Shown here piece by piece: positions 1 to 12,576 of a DNA stretch of 64,000 bases. The translations under genes were made by a program, and so were the position numbers. Positions within the stretch are counted from its first letter, which is position 1. Each line of letters begins with the position of its first letter. Source of the stretch: Eledone cirrhosa (lineage: Eukaryota); the NCBI GenBank assembly GCA_964016885.1, contig OZ024763.1, forward strand, positions 29,388,001 to 29,452,000, read 5' to 3'. The notes under the pieces are model-generated. The model was not told the origin of the DNA. It did not search any database and was given only the letters and a program-made list of their open reading frames with translations.

Positions 1-32
<32 letters not shown>

Positions 33-379
33 GATCTGTGAGCATGTGTAAGCTGTCAGCGTTATCGTTTCTCTTCAGAGGTCAGAAACATATAATATTA
101 TTGAAGCTTCTTTCTGATTCAATTATGATAACAGTATAGGAATGGGTTACATATGGTGGAAAGGCCATACATAGATTTTATTTAAAATAAGAAGCAATCT
201 AAATTTATAATCCACAATGTCCTGCCTTAGACTGTGTCCTCTCTTGATTTTTTTTCTCTATCCCGTATATTGCAAAGAATAAATTTCTATATATATATTC
301 CATTTCAGGTAGACGCGCTCCATCATCCACTGTTCTAAAAAATAAATCATACACAAAACGCCAGCCCCAACAGCCTTTG

Positions 380-600
380 CAAGAGATGTCAACATGAATG
401 GACCTGTTATATTTATCTAAAGACATTCTTTCCAATTCCATCCCACCCGTCACCTCAATCTATCTTATTTCTCATTCTTTCTTCTGGTGAAGGACTAGCG
501 TCCGAAACGTTAAGACCCACTTCCTGCTATATCAAGCGTTAATCTAATATATCCCTTCCATATACTGTACAGATTGTGTTGTTATTTCTGTTTACCTTTT
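380..600 (+). mobile_element. Dispersed ~220-bp HHR-bearing repeat (Penelope pLTR-like), family A copy 1
   Basis: Homologous to 6565-6765 and 34521-34745; contains TCTT-CTGGTGA-A-GGAC-TAGC-GTCC-GAAA-CG-TT-AAGA at 480-515. Confidence 0.7.
480..515 (+). ncRNA. Minimal type-I hammerhead ribozyme (core A6G variant, probably inactive)
   Basis: Stem I TCTT/AAGA, stem II GGAC/GTCC, GAAA, palindromic stem III ACGT, GUU triplet; core CTGGTGA. Confidence 0.65.
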
Positions 601-611
601 ACACACACACC

Positions 612-644
<33 letters not shown>

Positions 645-817
645 TTTTTTTTTATCTGCCTATATGTACGGGAATAGATAGAGAGACAGATTCTCTTGAT
701 ATTTTTAACTCACTACAGGAAGGGGAAAATATTAAAAAATCTTCGACATCAATTTAGAACCAATAAGTCGGGCTAACTGTAATGTCCCTATCTATCAAAA
801 AAATCCTCCTTATTTCA

Positions 818-855
<38 letters not shown>

Positions 856-1329
856 CACCCCGACGAAAATCCTTTGAACTTAGCTTCAACCGTCGTTTCC
901 TTTCTTTCCTTTCACAAGATCGTTCGGATGAAACATCTAACAAGTGTTAACACATTGGAAATTAATCTGATAAAGATTCCTCAGGGGAAATTTAAAAAAA
1001 AAAGTTTTTTTTTCTCTTTTTCCAAAATAAAGTCAAGCCTAGGGAAATTTAACTAGTAAGAAGAAGAAGAAAAAGAAGAAGAAGAAGAAGAAGAAGAAGA
1101 AGAAGAAGAAGAAGAAGAAAAAGAAGAAAAAGAAGAAATAGAAGAAATAGATTAAATAGAAGAAAAAGAAAAACAAAAAGAAGAAATTACAATAATTGTT
1201 TTTAATTTAGGCACAAGGCCAGCAATATTTGGGACGAAGGATATACTTTACAGGTACTTTATTTTAACGAACCCTAAAAGCGTTATACTCAAAGCTATCA
1301 GAATTCTGACAACCCTCAGCTCTCTGTCC

Positions 1330-1330
1330 C

Positions 1331-1373
<43 letters not shown>

Positions 1374-1515
1374 TTTTCTTTATTAACCACAAGGGTTGAC
1401 ACAAAGAATAACATTAAGGACAGTACAGGACGGTAGAAATGGACATTTCTGCGTGTAAAGAAAAAAACAATAACAAAGGAAAAGACAACAAAAAAAAAAA
1501 AGGAAAATTCCCCAA
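1330..1515 (-). mobile_element. 3' end fragment of a non-LTR retroelement with (ATT)n tail
   Basis: Diverged reverse complement of 1925-2103 (cccttgtggttaataaagaaaacattatt); AATAAA followed by a simple-repeat tail. Confidence 0.5.
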
Positions 1516-1611
1516 TGTTACGGGTTCGATAAAATAAAGTACCAGTAATGTACTGAGGTATTTGCTGGCCTTGTGCCAAAAGTAGAAACAATTATTATTA
1601 TTATTATTATT

Positions 1612-1803
1612 GTGGTGGATTGGCAGTATCGGTGGAGGGTCGGACGCCATGCTTTGACGCATAGAGTTACGGCCCTTGCCATTCTGAGTTCAAATCGCGC
1701 CGAGGTTAACTTTGCCTTTCATCCTTACGGGGTCGATAAAATAAAGGACCAATAATACACTGGGGTAATTGGTGGCCTTGTGCCAAAATTAGAAACAATT
1801 ATT
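1612..1803 (+). mobile_element. tRNA-derived SINE with Nin/Deu-like core
   Basis: A box TGGCAGTATCGG, B box GAGTTCAAATC, core GCCTTTCATCCTTACGGGGTCGATAAAATAAAG, tail GGCCTTGTGCCAAAA; a 3' fragment lies upstream at 1515-1592. Confidence 0.85.
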
Positions 1804-1924
1804 ATCATTATGTGTCTGTAAATTAAAGGTGGAAAACTGGGAGGGGGCACTTGCCCTGGTGGTCAGGGTCACTGTGGTCTTTTAATGGGCTTTCTCCACA
1901 AATGTCCCTCGGAAGTCTCCCCCC

Positions 1925-2103
1925 TATTGGGGAATTTTTCTTTGTTATTTTATTACATCCTGTTTTTTACACGCAGAAATGCCCATTTGTACCGTCCTGT
2001 ATTGTCCTGTACTGTCCTTAATGTCTACTTTATGTACACCCTTGTGGTTAATAAAGAAAACATTATTTTTATCATTATTTTTATTATTATTATTATTATT
2101 ATT
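1925..2103 (+). mobile_element. 3' end fragment of a non-LTR retroelement with (ATT)n tail
   Basis: Same family as 1330-1515, opposite orientation. Confidence 0.5.
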
Positions 2104-2579
2104 CAATGACACTGCTAAAAGAATTCTGGATAATATTCATGACAATATGAATGACAAAGATAACTATACAAAAAAATATTTTTAAATTGATGCCACAACA
2201 ACGTATATATATATATATATATATATAAAATAAAATAACTAAGCCGAAAAAATTTACAAAGCTGGGATCATATTCCTACATATCATTCCCCGAATAGTTT
2301 CAGCTATTATCTTAAACGTACTCCTGGGGGTCTCTGGTGGGGCCCAATATGGCGGAAGGGTGGGCGGGGAAGTAATAGTGTTAGAGTAAAGGCGTCCATT
2401 ACATGCGTTTAACAGGAAAGGAAAACAAAACTTTCTTTGATATCTAATTAAAACTGGGAGGATATAATCTAATAAAATTGCACCAAAGTATCGAACTCCC
2501 AGTGGTTCACAGATCTGTACCGATTTCACTGGGACACGAATATTTATACACCCATTTATATATATATATATATACATAC

Positions 2580-2637
<58 letters not shown>

Positions 2638-2747
2638 GCATATACATATATATACATGCATATACATATATATATACATGCATATACATATATATGTACA
2701 TGCATATACATATATATATACATGCATATACATATATATATACATGC

Positions 2748-2812
<65 letters not shown>

Positions 2813-3025
2813 AAACGACTATGTTAAACGTTTCATATATATATATATGAACATATATATATATATATGAATAAATATATATATATATGAATAAATATAT
2901 ATTTATATATATGAATAAATATATATTTATATATATAAATAAGTATATATATATAAATATGAATAAATATATATATCTATATATGAATATATATATATAT
3001 GAATAAATATATATATATATATATA

Positions 3026-3664
3026 TGAAACAAAATGAAAACGAACAAAGCGACGTTAGCGCCGCTAAACTGATACGTGCATATATGTATGTGTACCTGT
3101 ATGCATATGTATGTATATATGTATATATATATATATATGTGCATGCTACTGTACGTCTGTATACATATATGTATGTACGTATACATGCATACTTACATTT
3201 AAGTAAGTGCCATACTAAGAGTGAGAAATGAAATTTCGTTTTCATTTTGTTTCAATTTATCGTTTTCGGTATGCCTGACCGATTTAACTCACTCAATATG
3301 CAAATTAGGCTGCTCAGCCGTTAATTTTCATAAGGAAAGTATATACTTTCGAACGTTCAACTATCTGGCAGATGGGTAAACGGTGCTGATGATAGTTAAC
3401 AAGCTTGAAACTAGTACATCGTTCCTGTGTCAGTGTTGAACAAAAAGGTGACGTGGTTGCCTTAACACCGTATGGCATAAATTCAGGCTGTTCAGTTTGT
3501 TTACAAACGAACAAAGCGACGTTAGCGCCGCTAAACTGATACGTGCATATATGTATGTGTACCTGTATGCATATGTATGTATATATGTATATATATATAT
3601 ATATGTGCATGCTACTGTACGTCTGTATACATATATGTATGTACGTATACATGCATACTTACAT
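3026..3664 (+). mobile_element. Non-coding partial-tandem element (466-bp period) carrying an HHR; retrozyme or Penelope pLTR-like
   Basis: 160-bp direct repeat 3039-3198 / 3505-3664; HHR at 3379-3423; 20-bp inverted copy of 3235-3254 at the 5' junction (3026-3045). Confidence 0.7.
3379..3423 (+). ncRNA. Minimal type-I hammerhead ribozyme
   Basis: AACGGTG-CTGATGA-T-AGTT-AACA-AGCT-T-GAAA-CTAG-T-A-CATCGTT: 7-bp stem I, intact core, palindromic stem III ACTAGT, GUA triplet. Confidence 0.85.
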
Positions 3665-3735
3665 ATATATATATGAATATATATATATATAAATAAATAT
3701 ATATATATATATATGAATATATATATATATATATA

Positions 3736-3769
<34 letters not shown>

Positions 3770-4011
3770 TAGATATATTTAGAAATATATGAATAAATAT
3801 ATATATATATATGAATAAATATATATATATATGAATAAAAAAAATATATATATATTTTTTAGTAAATATATATATATATATATATGAATAAAAAAATAAA
3901 AAAATATATATATGAATAAATATATATATATATGAATAAATATATAAATATATATATGAATAAATATATATATATATATGAATAAATATATATATATTTA
4001 TATATGAATAA

Positions 4012-4044
<33 letters not shown>

Positions 4045-4049
4045 TATAT

Positions 4050-4298
4050 ATCTATCTATCTAAGGCGGGTAAAATTCCGGAGATCCATGGACCAGTTCTC
4101 TCCAGCGGTCTCTGTCCCTCATTATCGCTGTCATGTCCTGCGTCTCCAACAGACCAGTGTCTGTCTTTAGGGCATCAACATACGTTAACCTTGGTCTTCC
4201 TCTTCTAGCGTGTCCATGTAGGGGCTCCCAAAGGGGCACTGAGTGCAATGTCAACTCTGGATGTCGGTGAGCATGTCCAGCTAACCTCAGTCTCCTCT
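4050..4298 (-). mobile_element. RTE-clade LINE 3' end fragment
   Basis: Minus strand encodes RRLRLAGHAHRHPELTLHSVPLWEPLHGHARRGRPRLTYVDALK...RDRWRELV, a typical RTE C-terminus, followed by an (AGAT)n tail. Confidence 0.85.
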
Positions 4299-4299
4299 G

Positions 4300-4482
4300 G
4301 TGTTCGAGTCATATCCAGGGAACGGGGCCCGAGGATAGGAAGAGGAAATGGCTAGACCATTTTAGGACCCTACTAGCAGATCCACCCTCCACAGCCCAGA
4401 GCATTGGGGAGATCAGGCGGCTGTTTGAGGAACTGGATGTTGAGACAGAGCCCTTCACCAGAGAGGAGCTTCAGAGAGCCGA
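4300..4482 (+). mobile_element. Inverted internal RTE LINE fragment (EN-RT linker)
   Basis: Plus frame reads GPEDRKRKWLDHFRTLLADPP...[16 protein letters not shown], the WxxHF...F(T/S)xxEL linker of RTE ORFs. Confidence 0.7.
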
Positions 4483-4490
4483 GTAGAAGT

Positions 4491-4564
<74 letters not shown>

Positions 4565-4819
4565 TAAATATATATATATATATTTATATGAATAAATATA
4601 TATATATATTTATATGAATAAATATATATATATTTATATGAATAAATATATATATATATATATAAATAAATATATATATATATATGAATAAATATATATA
4701 TATATATATATATGAATAAATATATATATATATGAATAAATATATATATATATATATGAATAAATATATATATATATATATATATATGAATAAATATATA
4801 TATATATATATATATATGA

Positions 4820-4854
<35 letters not shown>

Positions 4855-4895
4855 TATATATATATAAATATATATATAAATATATATATACATAT

Positions 4896-5082
4896 AAATA
4901 TACGATATTAATAAATGGAAACTATATTTATAAAACCATATTTATTTCATTATACATATTTCAGGGATACCACATTAAATTATGGTATGCCTTCATCAGA
5001 CAAAATACAATATATAACAGTTTTACAAATAGTTTTGACGTACCCTTTTAAAATACAACCATTAGTTTTGGAGGCTGTCTGG
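4896..5082 (-). mobile_element. HHR-bearing repeat family C copy 1
   Basis: Homologous to 5505-5692 and to the window end 63957-64000. Confidence 0.7.
4943..5007 (-). ncRNA. Type-I hammerhead ribozyme with long stem II
   Basis: Minus strand: TATTTTGT-CTGATGA-AGGCATACCATA-ATTTAA-TGTGGTATCCCT-GAAA-TATGTA-T-A-ATGAAATA. Confidence 0.8.
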
Positions 5083-5112
5083 ATATATATATATATATAT
5101 ATAAATATATAT

Positions 5113-5151
<39 letters not shown>

Positions 5152-5504
5152 AATATATATATAAATATATATATATAAATATATATAAATATAAATATAT
5201 AAATATATATATATAAATATATAAATATATATATATAAATATATAAATATAAATATATATATATAAATATATAAATATATATATATAAATATAAATATAT
5301 ATATATAAATATAAATATAAATATATATATATAAATATATATATATAAATATATATATATAAATATATTTATATATATATATATATAAATATATATATAT
5401 AAATATATATATATACATAAGCAAAAGTTCTATTTAAATTGTTGGGATACAACAAGCAAATATTTTTATTACTGATATAAAGCACTCAACAAGTAGTTGG
5501 AGTA

Positions 5505-5692
5505 AATATACGATATTAACAAATGGAAACTATATTTATAAAACCATATTTATTTTATTATACATATTTCAAGGACACGACGTTAAATTATGGTGTGCTT
5601 TCATCAGACAAAATACAATATAGATCAGTTTTATAAATAAATATTGACATACCCTTAAAAAATGCAACCATTACTGTTGGAAGCTCCCGGAT
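5505..5692 (-). mobile_element. HHR-bearing repeat family C copy 2
   Basis: Diverged copy of 4896-5082, offset ~608 bp. Confidence 0.7.
5551..5615 (-). ncRNA. Type-I hammerhead ribozyme
   Basis: Minus strand: TATTTTGT-CTGATGA-AAGCACACCAT...GTCGTGTCCTT-GAAA-TATGTA-T-A-ATAAAATA; intact core, imperfect stem II. Confidence 0.75.
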
Positions 5693-6009
5693 AGTGGAGT
5701 TGTTTGCTTATATTATTATTAGTATTGGATATTTTAATTTTTAAAATAAGTCGTTGGGTTACAGAGAAAGAAAAAGAAGGAGAGAGAGAAAGAAAGAAAA
5801 AAGAAAAAAGAGAGAAAAGAGAGAGAGATACCAAAACAACAGAAAGAGAAAAATATAGAGATAGAGAGAAGACAGAGAGAAGGGGAGAGAACGAAAACAT
5901 TTGCGGGTTATGAGTGCCAGTGAGGGTGGGTCTATGAGACACTTCGCTAAGGGCCACGCGGCGAGATTGAAACTAAAACCACATGGTTACGAAGCGAAAG
6001 TACAAGCTC

Positions 6010-6138
<129 letters not shown>

Positions 6139-6361
6139 CTAGACATACTAATATTTACATACGTGTGTGTTCGTATTTACATGAATGTATACAAAAGGTA
6201 TATAGGGTTTACACCCAAGGGATCTGAGACGGGGTCCCTCTTCCAACGACCCGGAACTTTACACCGGAAGACCACACGCACTGGCAGGAGACATGCGTAG
6301 ACAACGTCTATTCTCTGGTGGATAATGATGAGATATAATAGTAATTATTATTTCTACTTTG

Positions 6362-6546
6362 AATTGGCAGTATCGGTAGAGCGTCGGACACCATGCTTTG
6401 ACGCATAGAGTTATGGCCCTTGCCATTCTGGGGTCAAATCCCGCTGAGGTTGACTTTGCCTTTCATCCTTACGGGGTCCATAAAATAAAGTACCAGTAAT
6501 ACACTGGGTGATTGCTGGCCTTGTGCCTAAAGTAGAAACAATTATT
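6362..6546 (+). mobile_element. tRNA-derived Nin/Deu-type SINE
   Basis: Same head, core and tail as 1612-1803. Confidence 0.85.
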
Positions 6547-6564
6547 TCTACTTTAGGCAGAAGA

Positions 6565-6765
6565 CAACATGAATGGACCTGTTATCTTTTTCTAAAAATA
6601 TTTTTTTCTCGATGCCGTCCCGCCTGTCCCTTCAATCTTTCTAATTGCTCATTCTTTCTTCTGATGAAGGACTAGCGTCCGAAACATTAAGACCCTCTAC
6701 CTGCTATTTCAAGCGTTAATCTAATATACTCCTTCCATATACTGTACCGATTGTGTTGGTATTTA
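6565..6765 (+). mobile_element. HHR-bearing repeat family A copy 2
   Basis: Homology to 380-600. Confidence 0.7.
6657..6692 (+). ncRNA. Minimal type-I hammerhead ribozyme
   Basis: TCTT-CTGATGA-A-GGAC-TAGC-GTCC-GAAA-CA-TT-AAGA; core intact, stem III palindrome broken (ACAT). Confidence 0.75.
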
Positions 6766-6945
6766 CATGACCAATTTCGATTAACAAAGGACCAATCTTT
6801 GCAAAACTTTAGCTCAAGCAGACAACTGCAAGTCGACCGTCATCGATTGTGAAATTTTGAAGTTTTCGCCCCGAAAGTCATTTTTTCAGATAAACATATT
6901 TTATGAAAATGCTTTTGGAAATTTACCTATTGCCAACCTAATATA

Positions 6946-6981
<36 letters not shown>

Positions 6982-7077
6982 GACCGTCGATCGACTTTCG
7001 TCAAATCGGACCGAGGAAACAATGTTTGCGTTGGTCTTTCCAATTGCTAATACTATCTATCGAACTCCAGGTAGAAG

Positions 7078-7190
7078 GAGCAACGTGAAATAAAGTGTCT
7101 TGCTCAAGGACAGAAAGCATCGCCCGGTTCGATAATTGAACTCACAGCTTCACGATTGAGATTCCAGTTCTCTTACCACTCAACCACACA
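7078..7190 (-). mobile_element. CORE-type tRNA SINE head fragment
   Basis: Reverse complement has TGTCCTTGAGCAAGACACTT (CORE-like) downstream of degenerate A/B boxes. Confidence 0.6.
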
Positions 7191-7217
7191 CCTACTCACA
7201 CACACACACAGACACAC

Positions 7218-7277
<60 letters not shown>

Positions 7278-7287
7278 ATATATATAC

Positions 7288-7332
<45 letters not shown>

Positions 7333-7419
7333 TATATACATATATATATATATATACATATATATATAAATATATATATATATACATACATATATATATA
7401 CACATATATATATATACAC

Positions 7420-7486
<67 letters not shown>

Positions 7487-7508
7487 CATATATACATATA
7501 TATATATT

Positions 7509-7733
7509 TAAAAGAATAGAGGTGTAACACACGAGTTATGATATATTGGTAAACGTAAAAAGAAAATGCTGACAAATTGTTCACAGTGAAAAATAGTTTA
7601 ATTAGGAAATGCGCAAGCGGTAAAACTTAAAACCAAAACTGAATACTAACCAATACTATTACTAATTTTCACTTATTCCTAATTAAACTATTTTTCACTG
7701 TGAACAATTTGTCAGCATTTTCTTTTCCATTTA

Positions 7734-7742
<9 letters not shown>
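7509..7742. repeat. Inverted duplication (hairpin) of a dispersed repeat
   Basis: Arms ~7541-7608 and ~7676-7742 are near-perfect reverse complements; an uninverted family copy is at 48284-48465. Confidence 0.8.
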
Positions 7743-7780
<38 letters not shown>

Positions 7781-7932
7781 TAAAATAACTGATTAAAGTT
7801 TACGCAAAGAATCGGTGTATTCACCCTTAACGGGATCTTCTGATATTTGCTCTAGGGTTGTTATATATTTGATATATATTTATCCTTATCGAGCCCTCTT
7901 TGGATTTTAGTCTTCACGTTTATTATTATTAC

Positions 7933-7967
<35 letters not shown>

Positions 7968-8187
7968 ACACACATAACTACATATGTGTATGTTTTGTGT
8001 GTGTACAAATACACAAGAATGTGTGTAAACAACAGTCGGCACCTCTATTTGTTTATTCTTGCTGTCGACTAGTCTTGTTTTCAACAGATGGATGCCGTTA
8101 GGTTGTTAACACTGGGGAATATATGTACTGGGTTGTGTTACCAGATATCATGGTAAGAACAGTGATCGAGGAAGACTATTTCACAAG

Positions 8188-8250
<63 letters not shown>

Positions 8251-8960
8251 ATATATATATATATATATAGTATATAAAATATATAAATTATATATGTAAA
8301 ATATATGTACGTATATGATACATATATTTGCATACCAAATATATATATGTATATACTGTATATATATAGGTATATGATATAGTGTACATACACTATATAT
8401 ATATATATATATATAGTGTACATACACTATATATATATACACGCACACATATACATATATATATATATTTATATATGTGTGGGTGGATTGCTGATGTTTT
8501 GTGTATTGGATAGAGTACTAATGTGTGTATATGTGAGTTCATGGGTGTACTTTTGTCTGTGTGTATGTATTTGTTGTGCTCAGGTTACTGTGTAATTGTA
8601 GATACATATTATATTATATACATGTATATTATATACATACATATATTAAATGCAATGGCGGAATAAACAATATGGTTGAGTCAAATATTTAATGTTTTTC
8701 CCTGTCTACAGAAAATGGGGGATCAATCTGGTGGGTTTCTCAGCTTATTAGATCTTCATCAAGGATCGAATATTCCAGAAACCAGCAAATTAATTCTGTA
8801 CATGCTTAATAAAATCTCAAAGGAACATAAAATTATTTGGCTAATTTCCATAAATGTGCATGCGCTCTTATGCACTATACTCGATAATTGTGTGTGAAAA
8901 TTACATGCCCATGTGAGTGTGTGTATATATATGTATATATATATGTATGTGGTATATATA

Positions 8961-8996
<36 letters not shown>

Positions 8997-9166
8997 GATA
9001 TATATACATACATATATATATCGTATATATACATATATATATATCGTATATATACATATATATATACATATATATACATATATATATACATATATATACA
9101 TCGTATATATACATATATATATACATATATATACATACACATATATATATATATATATATACATAC

Positions 9167-9203
<37 letters not shown>

Positions 9204-9458
9204 CATATATATATACATACATATATATATATACATACATATATATATACATATATATATACATATATACAAATATATATATACATATATATATACATAT
9301 ATATATTTATATCGTATATATACAAATAAATATATACATATATATATATCGTATATATACAAATAAATATATACATATATATATCGTATATATACAAATA
9401 AATATATACATATATATATCGTATATATACAAATATATATATACATATATATATATAC

Positions 9459-9511
<53 letters not shown>

Positions 9512-9687
9512 TATATCGTATATATACACATTTGTATATATATATACATATATACATATATATATATATCGTATATACACACATATATATATACATATAT
9601 ATACATATATCGTATATATACAAATATTTATATACATATATCGTATATATACAAATATATATATATATACATATATACATATATATG

Positions 9688-9741
<54 letters not shown>

Positions 9742-10201
9742 ATTAATCCTTTTGAATTGTTTCCGTTCAATAGAGACACGTGACTTTGCGTTTGTGGCAA
9801 AAATAAATAAAAAAAATCAAGATGGATTCCAAACTATTTTCAAGCGCTGCCGTTAAAACAAGTGAAAAAAATATAAAAGAATTGTATGCATACCTTTCAT
9901 ATACATACTCAACCTGCTTGTGCAAATATACATAAACACACATTCACACACATGTGTATGTGTGTAGATATGTCTGTGTGTATATATTCATATACGTAAG
10001 TGTGTCAGTGTGAATGTGTATATATGTATGTGCCTATGTTCATATATATATGTTCATATATATATGTAAATATGTTCATATATATATATGTTCATATATA
10101 TATATGTATATATGTTCATGTATATATGTATATATATATATATATACATACATATATATACATTCATAAATATATATATATATGCATATATATACATAAA
10201 T

Positions 10202-10244
<43 letters not shown>

Positions 10245-10443
10245 CACACACACATATATATATACACATACATATATACATACATATACACACATACATA
10301 TACACAAATACATATATACATACATATACACACATACATATACACAAATACATATATACATACATATACACAAATACATATATACATACATATACACACA
10401 TACATACATACATATACACACATACATACATACATATACACAC

Positions 10444-10513
<70 letters not shown>

Positions 10514-10613
10514 CACACATGTATATATACACATACATATACATATATATACATACACATAGACATACATACATACATACATACATACATACATACATAC
10601 ATACATACATACA

Positions 10614-10649
<36 letters not shown>

Positions 10650-11177
10650 TATATTCAAATGGGTAATCAATATCGGATAGTCTATTAATTTAGTGTATGA
10701 ACCCTTTAGAACAATGGTGAAACAAAAGTTAAACAGAGCCTGCTAAATAAAACAGACACAGTACCTAAAGCCCTACAATACCCCCATTAAAAGAATAGCA
10801 AAAAACACCAACCCGAACATCAAATAAAAACTAACGACATGGTGCAAAAGATGAACTAAATGCACCCAGTTGATTGAATAATTGAACAGCGTAACAATAG
10901 CAGAGAACTCATTAAACAGAATAAGGCATACGTTGCTACCAATTATACAATAACATTTAATTATATAGAGAATGGTATGGTATGGTATGGCATTCTATGG
11001 TATAGACACCAAACTCTTGAGGGATTTGTAGGAGAGCCATATTGGATTACAGTGTTTCTTAGACACACTGCACTTGTTTTAGACATGGTGCAGCGCATCT
11101 CCTTCCTTGTTCTGAACACAGGATATTTCTTTCCAGAGAAAAAAGTTGAGAGTGAGAGACATTGACTCAATAATAAC

Positions 11178-11622
11178 AGTAATTGTTTCTACTTTGGGCA
11201 CAAGGCCAGCAAATAACCAGTGTATTACTGGTACTGAGTGCAATGTCAACTCTGGATGTCGGTGAGCATGTCCAGCTAACCCCAGTCTCCTCTGTGTCAC
11301 TTTTGAGCTGACATGGACACACTGGAAGAGGAAGACCAAGGTTGACGTATGTTGATGCCCTAAGGTCAGACACTGGTCTGTTGGAGACGCAGGACATGGC
11401 AGCGATAATGAGGGCCAGAGACCGCTGGAGAGAACTCGACCATGGCTCTCGGGAATTTTACCCGCCTCAGATAGATAGATTACTGGTACTTTATTTTATC
11501 GACCCCGTAAGGATGAAAGGCAAAGTTAACCTCGGCGGGATTTGAACTCAGAATGGCAAGGGCCGTAACGCTATGCGTCAAAGCATGGCGCCCGACCCTC
11601 TACCGATACTGCCAATCCACCG
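11178..11622 (-). mobile_element. Nin/Deu-type SINE interrupted by an RTE insertion
   Basis: SINE tail 11178-11235 and body 11479-11622; target duplication ATTACTGGTACT at 11224-11235 and 11479-11490. Confidence 0.85.
11236..11478 (+). mobile_element. 5'-inverted RTE LINE 3' fragment
   Basis: 11236-11311 antisense (SSKVTQRRLGLAGHAHRHPELTLHS); 11312-11470 sense (HGHTGRGRPRLTYVDALRSDTG...WREL); (AGAT)n tail; 12-bp TSD. Confidence 0.85.
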
Positions 11623-11649
11623 TTATAATAACAGTAATAATGTGATAAT

Positions 11650-11780
11650 GATAACACCGAGATGTCCAGGACTGGAATTTGTTTGGATATCTTTAATAAC
11701 TCCCCGTCCGTCAGGGAGATCTCCCACCCACTTTGGAAGATATCCAAACAATTCCAGACATGGTCATCTCGGTGTTATCA
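11650..11780. repeat. Small hairpin / MITE-like inverted repeat
   Basis: TGATAACACCGAGATG...TGTTTGGATATCTT pairs with AAGATATCCAAACA...CATCTCGGTGTTATCA. Confidence 0.7.
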
Positions 11781-11820
11781 CTTTGGGGTGGGTGGGAGAT
11801 GTCTTATGTAAAATCTCCCC

Positions 11821-11984
11821 GGCGGTGGATTGGCAGTATGGGTAGAGGGTCGGACGCTTTACGGTCTGAGTTCAAATCCCGCCGAGGTTGACTTTACCTT
11901 TCATCCTTACAGGGGTCGATAAAAATAAAGTACCAGTAATGCACTGGGATAATTGCTGGCCTTGTGCCTAAAGTAGAAACAATT
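11821..11984 (+). mobile_element. Nin/Deu-type SINE with internal deletion
   Basis: GGCGGTGGATTGGCAG head, B box, core, tail. Confidence 0.85.
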
Positions 11985-12543
11985 AAGTAAAATCTCCCCG
12001 TTTTGGGGTACTTTTTTCATGGTAATCCTCGTTTGAGTTTTTAGAGGTTGGCAGGTCTGATATATACATATGTGTGCCCAGATTTCATTTTGATATTACT
12101 ACATGAAAAAGGGATTCTGCGACGAAATATTTTAAGAACTGTTGCACACTGAGTAACAGAGAAAACAAATAAACATGAGATGGTCATGATTGGAAAGTCT
12201 TATTTTAATATCGTATTAAATTTAAAGTGGTTAACATTGCTCATAAATAAAAACACATATTGGTTCCGTGATTTCTTTAGGAATGGTTCGATTTTTTTTT
12301 ATATTTTATTTTCTCAATAAAATGTTAAAATATAGAAATATGTTCTGGGATTTTATTTGTTATTATTTTATGTCTTATGTGATGATGTGTGGTGGTAGGG
12401 AAAGCGGGGGCGGAAGAAAATAAGTTTTAGTATCAATGGCAGACTATTTAGTTGCTATCTTTATTTTTACAAATGTGTGGGTTTCTGCATATATATGTAT
12501 ATGTGTGTGTGCGTATACATATATGTATACATACATACATACA

Positions 12544-12576
<33 letters not shown>

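Noticed and set aside
1612-1710. tRNA genes at SINE heads
   Set aside because: A/B boxes present but no cloverleaf; they continue into SINE core and tail
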